The notes beneath the pieces were generated by a model. The model saw only the letters and a list, made by a program, of their open reading frames with translations, made no database searches and was not told where the DNA came from. The position numbers were made by a program, and so were the translations under genes. This document shows positions 49,268 through 59,889 of a stretch of 64,000 nt of DNA, in pieces. The DNA lies in assembly GCA_048885525.1 (NCBI GenBank), contig JBHLLP010000001.1:1-64000 (forward strand). The letters run 5' to 3'. Within the stretch, counting starts at the first letter, position 1. Each line of letters opens with the position of its first letter. The DNA comes from Candidatus Hermodarchaeota archaeon (lineage in GTDB: Archaea; Asgardarchaeota; Lokiarchaeia; Sigyniarchaeales; SOKP01).

Positions 49268-49714
49268 TTATAAATCTTCTATTAAATCTTCATAAGCTTC
49301 TAAGGCTAATTCAATGATCTCTTGAAAAGCCATAGCATCTTGAAGATTTCCCTCAACTGTTATATCGCCAGCCATATACGCAGAAGTTGCATCTACTTCG
49401 CCCATAAGTATACCCGCACCAACTTCAAGAGTTGAAGACATCGTGAATGAAGGATTATCTACATCTCCTTCTCCATATTGTAAATCTCCTTCTTTAACTG
49501 TTAGCCAGTATTTCTTATCTGCATCGGTGATCACCTGCATTATAGCTATGTCCATATCTTCAAGTTCTTCTTTAAGATCCTCATTTTCTGTAGAGATTTG
49601 CTTAATAAATTCGTACATAAGCATCATATCTTCAGCTGAAGCGCTAGCAGCACCAGCATCTTGGGCTGCTTTTATTTTTTTTAATAATGATTCGTCAACC
49701 ATTTTAATTTTCAA
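49268..49714 (-). CDS. SCP2 sterol/lipid-binding domain protein (acidic)
   Basis: GEGDVDNPSFTM..GEVDATSAYMAGDITVEGNL. Confidence 0.85.
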   Translation of the reverse strand: MKIKMVDESLLKKIKAAQDAGAASASAEDMMLMYEFIKQISTENEDLKEELEDMDIAIMQVITDADKKYWLTVKEGDLQYGEGDVDNPSFTMSSTLEVGAGILMGEVDATSAYMAGDITVEGNLQDAMAFQEIIELALEAYEDLIEDL

Positions 49715-50026
49715 CCTTCTTTTGTAATTTTACACCTTATTTTTAAGAATTGTTTAAAAATATATTACATAAAATAACAATATAAAAAGGTTATAATGAT
49801 ATAAAAAGGTTTTATTTCTTTTTTTGAGATATCGAATAATAAGCGGTTAAATACTTCAGTGCTTTGAAATTAAAACATAAAAATGTATTATTCTCATAAT
49901 ATTTTCCCTTAAAACCACTTTTTAGAAAACTTAAATAGGTAACGCAAAAAATTAAAACGTTAAGTTTTTATTATTTGGTTAGGATAAATAGCGACAAATT
50001 TTTTTATTAGGTGATTTAACATTAAT

Positions 50027-50644
50027 ATGCGTTTAGAACAATTATATGATGCTACTGATAATCTAATAAACCAACAGTTTTATACGGGAGGTCATGATAT
50101 AATCACTGGGAGAACACCTGAAATTTCATTAAAGATAAGCAATTCGGGACAAATTATAAGGAAATTTAAAGATTTGTTTAATCAAAATTTACAATTATTT
50201 ATTGAAGGAAAATATTTAGAATTTCTAAGACTTTTTAAAAAAATAAAAGGGGTGGATGAAAACTATATCAGAGAAATTTATCAAGATCTTGAGCTTAAAT
50301 TTGAAACATTAAAGGAAGCTGATAACATTAATACTGTTATAACATATTCCCTGGTTTTAAATTCTCTTATTTCGAGTATTAGAGATATCAATTTTGGAGA
50401 ATCTATTAGAGAGATAAAAAAACGGGTAAAAAAGAAATCAAAAATTCCTGACCATAATATCCAAGAGGCGATTGATAAATTATTCATGAGGAATGATGAT
50501 AACATTTCTATTTTATACAATATCTCTTATCTTGACACATTAGCAGAATCCTTTAATTATAAGAAAGTTGCTCATATTTGTAAAATTCAAAAGAGTAAAT
50601 TTATTAATCGAATTGTTAAGCTAATTATTTCCTCAGATATTTAA
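50027..50644 (+). CDS. Hypothetical protein
   Basis: ORF preceded by AGGTGA SD; no recognisable motif. Confidence 0.7.
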   Translation: MRLEQLYDATDNLINQQFYTGGHDIITGRTPEISLKISNSGQIIRKFKDLFNQNLQLFIEGKYLEFLRLFKKIKGVDENYIREIYQDLELKFETLKEADNINTVITYSLVLNSLISSIRDINFGESIREIKKRVKKKSKIPDHNIQEAIDKLFMRNDDNISILYNISYLDTLAESFNYKKVAHICKIQKSKFINRIVKLIISSDI

Positions 50645-50652
50645 GTTTATCA

Positions 50653-51411
50653 TTACAAATTCTTCATATCTTCAAAAAAAATATTAGCGAATATCTCTGT
50701 AACCTTTTCTTTTAATTCTTTATCATGAAGTCTTATTTTATCAGAGATCTCGATTTGGACTGCTTGACTTTTTGGGATATTAAAAGCTCCATAAGTTCGA
50801 GTTATATATCCTCCCTTTAAGACATATTCCCTTCTTCTCGGATGTCCTGGGGCAATTGGGATATCTAATTCAAGAAAGCTTTGAATTATTTTTCCACGGA
50901 TGTTATTTTCCCACTCTCTCTTTCGTACTGGTTCATGAAATAAGGATTCCAAATTGTTTGTACCTAAAATCACATCAACATCCCGAAATCCAGATGGTCG
51001 CTTGTCTTTCTCAAAACCATGTATGTCTATCAATAAAGAACAATTAAATCTCTTTAGATTATTTTGTATCCATTCGATAATTTTATAATGATAATAGTTA
51101 TAGATGTCTCTAGCGAGGAAAGATGTTTGATTATACGCTTCTGTTTCAACACGATTAAAATCAATTTTACTTCTCCGAACCTTTGAGAAAATAAGTAATG
51201 GAATTTTCTCATTAAATACTTCACTTTTAAACTTCTGATTTATAAGTTCTATTAGATCCTTAGAAAACTCGATTGTTCCTTTATCGATACCCAAAACACC
51301 TTCATTTCTTTCAGGTATAGAATTGCACTCTAATATTCCTCCATGAGGGACAGATATAATTAATGGAATATTGCCTTCTTCACATTCAATATATTCTCTA
51401 ATTTCAAACAT
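50653..51411 (-). CDS. N-formylglutamate amidohydrolase family protein
   Basis: ISVPHGG, R..IDFNR, YH, LIDIHG, GGYIT, VQIEI. Confidence 0.8.
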   Translation of the reverse strand: MFEIREYIECEEGNIPLIISVPHGGILECNSIPERNEGVLGIDKGTIEFSKDLIELINQKFKSEVFNEKIPLLIFSKVRRSKIDFNRVETEAYNQTSFLARDIYNYYHYKIIEWIQNNLKRFNCSLLIDIHGFEKDKRPSGFRDVDVILGTNNLESLFHEPVRKREWENNIRGKIIQSFLELDIPIAPGHPRRREYVLKGGYITRTYGAFNIPKSQAVQIEISDKIRLHDKELKEKVTEIFANIFFEDMKNL

Positions 51412-51448
51412 TTTTCTAAGAAAGTAGGCTAGAAAAATAATATATAAA

Positions 51449-51913
51449 TTAAATAATTGGAGAGTTCTGCAAAGTAAAATATCGAAGTATTATGAACACG
51501 CTAATCCAAACTCCAAACCCTATTATGCCAAATGTGTAATATCCAAAAACACTTCTATCCTGTTCAAATATTAAATATGCAAACAGCCAAGTTCCAAGCC
51601 CACCAACCGCACCTAAAAGAATGTCTGTAATTATATTAGGCCAACTATCCATTCTTCCTTCAAACTTCCATCCCAATTCTAGAAACAAAACATTTTCGAG
51701 AATTTCCCATGTTATTGCAATTACTATTGTAATAATGAAGACGAAGAGCAATGAGAATATCGGGATCTTTCCCTTCTTCTTAGGAATGGTATAGAATAAC
51801 GAAAAAAATAGAAATACGCCAATTCCAAAACATATATGACCAATAGAATAAAAATCAAACCATGAAATCCCAACTTCATCAACTGTTGTAGCAAAAAATT
51901 TATTAAATAACAT
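51449..51913 (-). CDS. Membrane protein (DUF2238/metal-hydrolase-like)
   Basis: H..FG, WEILE, DS..N..DI..G in TM helices. Confidence 0.6.
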   Translation of the reverse strand: MLFNKFFATTVDEVGISWFDFYSIGHICFGIGVFLFFSLFYTIPKKKGKIPIFSLLFVFIITIVIAITWEILENVLFLELGWKFEGRMDSWPNIITDILLGAVGGLGTWLFAYLIFEQDRSVFGYYTFGIIGFGVWISVFIILRYFTLQNSPII

Positions 51914-52165
51914 TGAACACTTTTTTTCCTCTTTTGATTCTATTTATTTGATTTTCAAAGTAATATTAAAAATAATTATAATAAATAATCATCGGAATTA
52001 AAAATTCAATGGCTAATTAGATCATAAACCATTAAAAATTAATCGATTTTCATAAATTATTTATTATTTACTAATATAAAATAAGGAATGATAAATTTGA
52101 TTTAAAAAATATTGTATTATATAATAACTGATTATTGAAGTGAAATTGTAACAGGTAATTCCTAA

Positions 52166-53452
52166 TTGAAAAAAATCGCATTTATTATTTATTACCATAA
52201 ATATAACTTTTATAGTTTGAATGCTATAGTTGGAGCACTTGAAACTGATGGTGTATTTGAAATTATAGATTTCTATTTTATTCCATCACGAGATAAACTT
52301 TTAGAATCCCTAGAAGAAATTGTCAAAAAATATAATAGAATAGTAGTAGCAATTTCATTTTATACAACCCAGTTATTTGAAACTCAAGATCTCATTCAAA
52401 TAATAAAAAGGAAATTTAAAAAAAAATGTGTCTTAGTGGCAGGAGGCCCTCATCCCACGGGAGAACCTTTTCAAACACTAAAATTAGGGTTTGATATTGT
52501 TGTTGTTGGTGAAGGTGAGGAAACTATTATAAAATTCATGCAAAGAATAGTAAATGACGAAATTTTTGATAATGTAAAAGGAATTGCTTATATAGATGAA
52601 AATAGTAAAAAAATCTATACAGGAAAAAGAAATGCAGTTGATTTAGACAAATATCCCCCTTTTCCGGTGAAAAATAGGAGATTTGGAGCAATTGAAATAA
52701 CAAGAGGTTGCCCTTATGTATGCTACTTTTGTCAAACGCCCTATATTTTAGGTACAAAACCTAGACATAGAAGTATAGAAATAATATGTAAATATGTGCT
52801 AGAATTACAAAATTATTATGGTGATCTTACTGATGTAAGATTTATCACACCAAATGCTTTTTCATATGGTTCCAAAGACGGGAAAAATTTGAATTTAGGA
52901 AAACTTGAAAAATTACTTTATAGTGTGAGACAAATTCTTGGAAATGAAGGAAGGATATTCTTAGGAACATTCCCATCTGAAGTTCGACCAGAACATGTAA
53001 TTCAAGATACTCTAAATTTAATCTTAAAATATGCAGATAATGATAACATTACTATTGGAGCTCAATCAGGCAGCCAGAAAATTTTGGATTTATGTCATAG
53101 AGATCACTCTGTTGAAGATATATATAGTGCTGTAGAGTTAACATTAGAAAATAATTTAAAAATTAATGTAGATTTTATATTTGGATTACCTGAAGAGGAT
53201 GAAGAGGATATTAAATTAACAATTAAAATGATGAAATATTTGGCTGCTAAAGGCGCAAGAATACATGCTCATTCTTTTATTCCTTTACCTCAAACTCCTT
53301 TTGCAAATGCACCAGTAAAAAGAATAAAGCTCCTCTATAATAATGAAATTAAATCACTAATCTCTAAAGGATTTGCATTCGGGGATTGGAAAAAACAAGA
53401 ACGATTAGCTATTAAAATAGCTAATTATATGAAAAAAATGAATATAAAATGA
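52166..53452 (+). CDS. B12-binding-domain radical SAM protein
   Basis: AGGPHPTG, GEGE, EITRGCPYVCYFC, FPSEVRPE, GAQSGS, DFIFGLP. Confidence 0.88.
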   Translation: MKKIAFIIYYHKYNFYSLNAIVGALETDGVFEIIDFYFIPSRDKLLESLEEIVKKYNRIVVAISFYTTQLFETQDLIQIIKRKFKKKCVLVAGGPHPTGEPFQTLKLGFDIVVVGEGEETIIKFMQRIVNDEIFDNVKGIAYIDENSKKIYTGKRNAVDLDKYPPFPVKNRRFGAIEITRGCPYVCYFCQTPYILGTKPRHRSIEIICKYVLELQNYYGDLTDVRFITPNAFSYGSKDGKNLNLGKLEKLLYSVRQILGNEGRIFLGTFPSEVRPEHVIQDTLNLILKYADNDNITIGAQSGSQKILDLCHRDHSVEDIYSAVELTLENNLKINVDFIFGLPEEDEEDIKLTIKMMKYLAAKGARIHAHSFIPLPQTPFANAPVKRIKLLYNNEIKSLISKGFAFGDWKKQERLAIKIANYMKKMNIK

Positions 53453-53458
53453 AACAAA

Positions 53459-54340
53459 TTATTTTGCTAATTTTACCATATTTTCCTTTATTGTAATGAA
53501 ACCTTCTTTTTGTAATTGACTAAGTATCTTTTTTAAGCTCTCAGAGTCATGAATTTTAATTCTTTTCTGGATTTCTATTATATCTATCGCTTTATTATCA
53601 ATTAACATTTTTAGAAGAATTCCCCTAATTTGCCTTGATGATCCTTTAAAGGGTGCTTGTTTTCGATAATGAGCACTTTTTTTATTTAATTCTGGATGTG
53701 ATTTTTTAAGCATTGCACCATAATCCATGAGAGCATAATACCACTCCCTTGGGTTATTTTTATCAATAGTAAGATCTATAATTGGAAAAATTTCTTTATC
53801 ATAAACATTATCTTTTTTAGGAAAGAAAAAGTAAATAAAGACTCTCCTTATATTAGTTTCAATAAAAGCTGTAGGTTTATTAAAGGCAAATGTAATTATT
53901 GAAGAAGCTGTATTATGGCCAATTTGAGGAAATGATTCCAGTGTTTCAATAGAGTCTGGGAGTTCCCCCTTATAATCTCTGATAACGATCTCTGCGATCT
54001 TTTTTAATGCTACAGCTCTTCTATTATATCCTAAACCTCTCCATTCCTTAAGAATAGTATCAAGAGGAGTTTGAGATAATGATAAAAAATCAGGATATTT
54101 GTCTATAAATTTCAAAAACTTTTCCGTAACTCTCTCTGTTTGAGTTTGTTGAAGCATAATTTCTGAAACTAATACATTATAAGGTGTAATATTTTCTCTA
54201 AAAGGAAATTCTCTTTTATGTTTTCTATAGTATTCATAAATCATATTTCGAAATGAAATTATGACTTCTGAGGTTAAACCGTTTTTTTTATATAGTGTAT
54301 GAAAGTCGCTAATGAATAAATTTTTACTAATTCTGGACAT
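53459..54340 (-). CDS. MutY-like HhH adenine glycosylase lacking the Fe-S cluster
   Basis: PYNVLVSEIMLQQTQ, W.GLGYNRRA, HhH, ALMDYGA; no CX6CX2CX5C. Confidence 0.82.
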   Translation of the reverse strand: MSRISKNLFISDFHTLYKKNGLTSEVIISFRNMIYEYYRKHKREFPFRENITPYNVLVSEIMLQQTQTERVTEKFLKFIDKYPDFLSLSQTPLDTILKEWRGLGYNRRAVALKKIAEIVIRDYKGELPDSIETLESFPQIGHNTASSIITFAFNKPTAFIETNIRRVFIYFFFPKKDNVYDKEIFPIIDLTIDKNNPREWYYALMDYGAMLKKSHPELNKKSAHYRKQAPFKGSSRQIRGILLKMLIDNKAIDIIEIQKRIKIHDSESLKKILSQLQKEGFITIKENMVKLAK

Positions 54341-54433
54341 TAAAAAACAACAAATGGTTAGTAATTTTGATCAAATATGCAAGGAAAAAGAATTTATGGA
54401 TTTTAAATTATAATAATTGCTTGAATTATAATA

Positions 54434-56341
54434 TTAATTAAGATCAAAAGCAAAAACAGTGACTCCGCCTTCTATTCTTTTAAGTTTTAGAGTGTATCCA
54501 GAGCTATTAATAATGTGAAGCATCGATTTATTTTCAAGCAATATTGAGCCAGTAAATGTTCTATAATTAAGTTCTTTTCCAATTTGTACTAAATAATTTA
54601 ATAAATATTTAGTTATTCCTAGATTTCTCCAACTTTTATGAACAACAAATGCCAACTCCGCAATAGAAGGTTGATACGCTTTAAAAAACGCGCCCAAAGC
54701 GACAATTTTATTCTCTCCCATTTCACTAATTTCTGCTACTAAAATCATATCAGTGGAGTAATCTATGTTCACCATTGGTTGAATTTTTCCATGCCTAAAA
54801 TCTTTCATAGGAGCAAAAAATCTTAAGTATCTATCTCTCTCATCTAAGGAATAATGAAGTTCCTGAATCATTCTCTCATCTGTAGGTTTGACAGGACGAA
54901 TTTTTATTTTTTTTCCATTTTTGAGCTTTAAAAATGTTTCATACTTTTCGGGATAAATACTTATTCTTCCATCAATTGAAATGGGCAATTTTTGGTCTGA
55001 ATACACATATTTCCACTTTTTAGCATGCTCTAATAAATCTTCCCGAAAATCAGGATGAGCAATATTTATCATTTCAAGAACCCTTTCTCTGATACTTTTT
55101 CCATAAAGATAAGCTATACCCCATTCAGTTACAATATAGTGAATATCTCCTCTTGTAATTACCACACCAGAACCCGGTTGAAGGTAAGGAACAATTCGAG
55201 ATACTAATGTACCGTCTTTTAACGTTGCAGTAGAAGGTAAAGTCATGATAGGTTTTCCATCTATCGATCTCCCAGCACCTCTGATAAAATCAACTTGACC
55301 TCCAATGCCGCTATAAAATCGGTGACCTAAAGAATCTGAATTCACCTGTCCTGTCAAATCAACACTTAGAGCTGCATTTATAGCTACTTGCTTATTGTTT
55401 TTGCTAATTATATATGGATCGTTTGTGTAGTCACAAGGATGAAATTCAACCATAGGATTATCATCAACGAAATCATACAATCTTTTAGAACCCATTACAA
55501 AAGAGCAAATAATCTTATCTTTGTGAAGAATCTTTTTTTTGCATGTAATTACCCCTTCTTCAACAAGATCTACAATTCCATCCGAAAAGACTTCACTATG
55601 TACTCCTAAATCCTTCTTTTCAATTAATTCCTTGGTAACTGCATTTGGAATTTGACCTATTCCCATTTGAATTGTGGACTCATCTTCAATTAAGGAAGCT
55701 GTAAATTTAGCAATTTTAATGGAAACATCATCGAGTTCACCATAACTAAATTCAATTATATCATGGTTGCTTAAGACAAAAGCATCAATATCATCCATAT
55801 GAATAAAGGAGTCTCCTAAAGTACGTGGCATTTTTGGATTGATCTCGGCAACCACATATTCTGCTGATTCTGCAATTGGTTTGACAATATCAACATTAAT
55901 TCCATAACTACAGAAACCATATTGATCGGGTAGGCTTACTTGAATTAAAGCTGTATCCAAATGCATCATTCCAGATAAAAATAATTTTGGAATTTCCGAA
56001 AGAAACATTGGAGTATAATCGGCTTGACCAATCTCCACATATTTACGCAGTGATTTTCCAATAAAAAATGCATTATGCCGAAATAAATCTTCTATACCAC
56101 CTGCAGTCTCATAATAATCCAAATCACTGAGGCTAAGAAAATGTAATATCTCTACATCTGGAATTTTCAATCCAAGTTCAATTAATTTTTTAGTAAGATC
56201 AATAGGTTCAGCGCAACCAGAATCGATAAAAATACGATTTCCTGATTTAATATATTTTTTAATTGCATCATCTAGGGATATTTGTTTTTCATTATATTTT
56301 TTCATTAAGTCAGAAATATCTTGATTAGGAATTAACGGCAA
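54434..56341 (-). CDS. Acetyl-CoA hydrolase/transferase fused to a C-terminal GNAT domain
   Basis: QMGIG.IPNAV, DLGVHSE, SGIGGQVDF.RGA, YIVTEWG; C-terminal RYLRFF..AELAFVV..NLGI..EN..M. Confidence 0.88.
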   Translation of the reverse strand: MPLIPNQDISDLMKKYNEKQISLDDAIKKYIKSGNRIFIDSGCAEPIDLTKKLIELGLKIPDVEILHFLSLSDLDYYETAGGIEDLFRHNAFFIGKSLRKYVEIGQADYTPMFLSEIPKLFLSGMMHLDTALIQVSLPDQYGFCSYGINVDIVKPIAESAEYVVAEINPKMPRTLGDSFIHMDDIDAFVLSNHDIIEFSYGELDDVSIKIAKFTASLIEDESTIQMGIGQIPNAVTKELIEKKDLGVHSEVFSDGIVDLVEEGVITCKKKILHKDKIICSFVMGSKRLYDFVDDNPMVEFHPCDYTNDPYIISKNNKQVAINAALSVDLTGQVNSDSLGHRFYSGIGGQVDFIRGAGRSIDGKPIMTLPSTATLKDGTLVSRIVPYLQPGSGVVITRGDIHYIVTEWGIAYLYGKSIRERVLEMINIAHPDFREDLLEHAKKWKYVYSDQKLPISIDGRISIYPEKYETFLKLKNGKKIKIRPVKPTDERMIQELHYSLDERDRYLRFFAPMKDFRHGKIQPMVNIDYSTDMILVAEISEMGENKIVALGAFFKAYQPSIAELAFVVHKSWRNLGITKYLLNYLVQIGKELNYRTFTGSILLENKSMLHIINSSGYTLKLKRIEGGVTVFAFDLN

Positions 56342-56708
56342 ATTATCACCATATAAACCTTTAATATATATGAATTAATTCTTATAGAATTTTAAATATT
56401 TAATGAAAATAAATTAAAAAGGACATTTTATATTTTTAAAAGAAACCAGTAATCTATTTCTGTTTGAAAAAAGTTAAGATTTAAGCTTAAATATACTTTT
56501 TTTTGTGATTCTGTTTAATTTGATATTTTATAGAAAAAATTCAGTTTTTATATAAAAACAAAATTTTTCCATAAAAAATTTTCATTTTCTATAATAAATA
56601 TTTCAGATCAAACCCAGACACGATTTTAGAGATAAATAATCAATAATAAATATTTAATTACTTTCTAGAACTTATATTTCTATTATAAATGATTTTCTAA
56701 GATTTTAA

Positions 56709-57047
56709 ATGGGAAAAGATAAGGTTGAAATTGAAGATTTAGAGGCTTTCATTAATGGATTGAAAGATTCATTTGATACATTAGAAAATATTGATCCAAC
56801 CCAATCTAAGGGATTCCAAGCACAAATGGCAAAAGCTATTTCAGATTTAAGGTCTAAAAGAGCTGCAAAAATCGAACCTCTGCCAAAGCATATAGGCCAC
56901 TTCACTAAAGAAGATCTTAAAATTTATTTACTTAAGGAACTAGAATCTTTACAAGATCTTTTAGATTCTTCTGATTATAATAGGAGAAGAAAATTTGAAT
57001 TAGTAAAAAAGATTGCTCTATTAAGGGAGCAAGTAAACAATATGTAA
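56709..57047 (+). CDS. Hypothetical protein
   Basis: Helical 112-aa ORF. Confidence 0.6.
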   Translation: MGKDKVEIEDLEAFINGLKDSFDTLENIDPTQSKGFQAQMAKAISDLRSKRAAKIEPLPKHIGHFTKEDLKIYLLKELESLQDLLDSSDYNRRRKFELVKKIALLREQVNNM

Positions 57048-57077
57048 GTATTTTATTTTTTAAAATATTAAGAGGTT

Positions 57078-57839
57078 TTGAAAATACTCATTGATATACA
57101 TTGTCATGCTAATCTCTATTTAATGCTTGATGAAATCATTAAAGATGCCAAAAATGTTGGTGTTCAAAAAATAATCTCTGTTGGAATGAGTTTTATTAGT
57201 TTAGAAAGGATCTTAAAAATTTCTGATAACTATGATAATATATATCCTGCCTTAGGCATCCACCCAGAAGAAGTGAGGATGAATAAAAACATAGAAAGTC
57301 AAATAGACGCCGTAATGGATATTATCAAAAAAAATAAAGATAAAATTTGTGCCATTGGAGAAATCGGTCTTGATCATCATTTTATTAAAGAAAAAGAGTT
57401 ATACCCACTTCAAAAGGATATTTTTGATAAAATGCTTTCATTAGCACAAGAATTGGAGTTACCTATTAATTTACATACAAAAGGAGCAGAAAAAATAATT
57501 TTTGAAATGCTTCCATCATATAAGATCCCAAATATAAATATTCATTGGTATTCTGGACCTGAAAACTTTATGAAAGTTGGAATTGACCGAGGATATTATT
57601 TCTCAATTACTCCCGCTATTAGTTATTCTCCAGCAGTGAAGAACACTGTTATGAAAGTTGATAATGAATTTTTATTACTTGAAAGTGATGGCCCCGTTAA
57701 ATATACTGGAAAGATTGGTACACCAGCTATGATTAAAGATGTTTTAAATGCAATAGTTGAGCTAAAAAATATTGATTCAAGAGAATTAGAATTACAAATC
57801 GAAAAGAACACTAAAAAGGTTTTCCCAAAAATCTTTTAG
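57078..57839 (+). CDS. tatD: TatD family nuclease
   Basis: DIHCH, GIHP, AIGEIGLD, LHT, HWYSG, LLESDGP. Confidence 0.92.
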   Translation: MKILIDIHCHANLYLMLDEIIKDAKNVGVQKIISVGMSFISLERILKISDNYDNIYPALGIHPEEVRMNKNIESQIDAVMDIIKKNKDKICAIGEIGLDHHFIKEKELYPLQKDIFDKMLSLAQELELPINLHTKGAEKIIFEMLPSYKIPNINIHWYSGPENFMKVGIDRGYYFSITPAISYSPAVKNTVMKVDNEFLLLESDGPVKYTGKIGTPAMIKDVLNAIVELKNIDSRELELQIEKNTKKVFPKIF

Positions 57840-57845
57840 TTCCAC

Positions 57846-58898
57846 TTATTTAGGTTTAATTGTTTTTTCAATTCCTTCCCAAAGACCAGAAAGATAAACT
57901 GCACCAAGAGCACGATCATACAAACCATATCCGGGTCGGCCCTTTTCTCCCCAAATCATTCTTCCATGGTCTGGGCGGATTGCTCCAGTAAATCCTACCT
58001 CTATAAGAGCTTTTATTACTTTGTACATGTTAACATCTCCGAATTCTGTAGGATGCTCAACTTCATGAAATTTATATTCACCAGTGCGTTTAATATTACG
58101 GCAATGAACAAATGGAATACGGTTCATAGCACCAAATTTATATATACTTTTTATTAAATCTACCTTTGGATTAGCATTAAGTGTTCCTGTGCAAAAAGTT
58201 ATTCCATTTGATGGGCTATCAATAATTTTTACAAAACGGTCCAGAGCAGCTTCATCAGTAATAATGCGTGGTAATTTGAATATAGACCACGGAGGATCGT
58301 CAGGATGAATTCCCATCCTCACATCAACCTCTTCTGCGATTGGAATAACTCTCTCTAAAAAATATTCCAAATTTGACCATAATATCTCTTTATTGATTTT
58401 GGAATAAGCATTTAGGAACTCTCCTAATTCCTTTTTTGTATAATGAGTTGCCCAGCCCGGAAGTTCTAATGAGTCTTTTTTTAAATCAACATTCTTTAAC
58501 TGATCATGGTTATAACTTAGAGTATTCGAACCATCAGAAGATAACATAGCAAGATCAGAACGTATCCAATCAAATACAGGCATAAAGTTATAACACAATA
58601 TTTTTATACCCAAAGAACCCATATTTCGGATGCTTTGACAGTAATTATCTATTAATTTATTGCGAGTTGAACGTCCGAGTTTTATATCTTCATGGATTGG
58701 GATACTTTCTATTACAGAAAAATTCAATCCTACTGTTTCAATCTTCTTCTTAAGTATATTTAATTTTTTAATTGGCCATATTTCACCTATGGGTATATCA
58801 TAGAGAGCTGAAACGATTCCAGTTACTCTAGGGATTTGCTTGATATAATTAAGTGGTATTGGATCACCATCTCCAAACCATCTAAAAGTCATTTCCAT
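57846..58898 (-). CDS. uxuA: Mannonate dehydratase
   Basis: MTFRWFG..D, ESIPIHEDIK, CYNFMPVFDW.R, HPDDPPW, RPDHGRMIWGE..PGYGLYDRALG. Confidence 0.95.
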   Translation of the reverse strand: MEMTFRWFGDGDPIPLNYIKQIPRVTGIVSALYDIPIGEIWPIKKLNILKKKIETVGLNFSVIESIPIHEDIKLGRSTRNKLIDNYCQSIRNMGSLGIKILCYNFMPVFDWIRSDLAMLSSDGSNTLSYNHDQLKNVDLKKDSLELPGWATHYTKKELGEFLNAYSKINKEILWSNLEYFLERVIPIAEEVDVRMGIHPDDPPWSIFKLPRIITDEAALDRFVKIIDSPSNGITFCTGTLNANPKVDLIKSIYKFGAMNRIPFVHCRNIKRTGEYKFHEVEHPTEFGDVNMYKVIKALIEVGFTGAIRPDHGRMIWGEKGRPGYGLYDRALGAVYLSGLWEGIEKTIKPK

Positions 58899-58947
58899 TT
58901 TCTTTTACCTTAATTTATTTCCATTAGGAATTATAATCTTTCTTTAA

Positions 58948-59802
58948 TTAAACTCCTGAATATGCAGAAAATCCCCCATCAACAGGAATCACAACTCCAG
59001 TAACAAAACTCGATGCTTTTTCATCAATTAACCATAACAAAGTTCCAATTAATTCTTTTGGCATTCCAAATCGTCCCATTGGAGTGTGTTGAAGAATTTT
59101 TTCCGCACGAGTATTAAAAGACCCATTTTCATTAGTTAAAAGTAAACGATTTTGTTCTGTTAAAAAAAAACCAGGTGCAATTGCATTAACTCGAATATTT
59201 ACTTTAGACATATGAACTGCTAACCATTGAGTGAAATTACTTATTGCTGCTTTAGCTGCGCTATATGCTGGGATTTTCGTTAAAGGGCGATATGCATTCA
59301 TTGATGATATGTTAATAATAACTGCTCCTTTTTCATCTATCATTGTTTTTGCAAAAACTTGAGTTGATAAAATCGTCCCTATAAAATTCAAATTAAAAAT
59401 GAATGTGATACCCTCTTGTTCTAAATCAAAAAAAGTTAAACCCTTTTTTTTTTTTAATAAATCTTCTCTGGTAAGGTATTCATCTGATGTCGTACCTTTA
59501 GGGTGATTACCGCCTGCACCATTTATAAGTATACTCCATGTACCAAATTTCTCCGAAATAATTTTTTTAGCTTTTTTTAAACTCTCAAGATCTAAAATAT
59601 CTGCCTTTATAGCAATTGCAACTCCTCCATCAATTATAATCTTTTTTGCAACTCTCTCAGCTGCTTCTTGATTTATATCAATAATAGCAACCTTTGCTCC
59701 ACATTCTGCAAGTGCTTCTGAAAAAAGTCCACAAATCACTCCACCACCGCCAGTAATTACTGCAACTTTATCTTTTAAATTAATCTTTAAGGGTAGATCC
59801 AT
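58948..59802 (-). CDS. uxuB: D-mannonate oxidoreductase (SDR)
   Basis: TGGGGVI, NGAGGNHP, ISSMNAYRPLTKIPAYSAAKAA.SNFTQWLAVH, TPMGRFG, VDGGFSAYSGV. Confidence 0.88.
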   Translation of the reverse strand: MDLPLKINLKDKVAVITGGGGVICGLFSEALAECGAKVAIIDINQEAAERVAKKIIIDGGVAIAIKADILDLESLKKAKKIISEKFGTWSILINGAGGNHPKGTTSDEYLTREDLLKKKKGLTFFDLEQEGITFIFNLNFIGTILSTQVFAKTMIDEKGAVIINISSMNAYRPLTKIPAYSAAKAAISNFTQWLAVHMSKVNIRVNAIAPGFFLTEQNRLLLTNENGSFNTRAEKILQHTPMGRFGMPKELIGTLLWLIDEKASSFVTGVVIPVDGGFSAYSGV

Positions 59803-59889
59803 AATATTTTCACTAACTTTTTTTTATATGAATATTTTTAAGAAAAAAGTGAATAGTTACTTTCTAAGAAACTTTTGTATATGATAATA

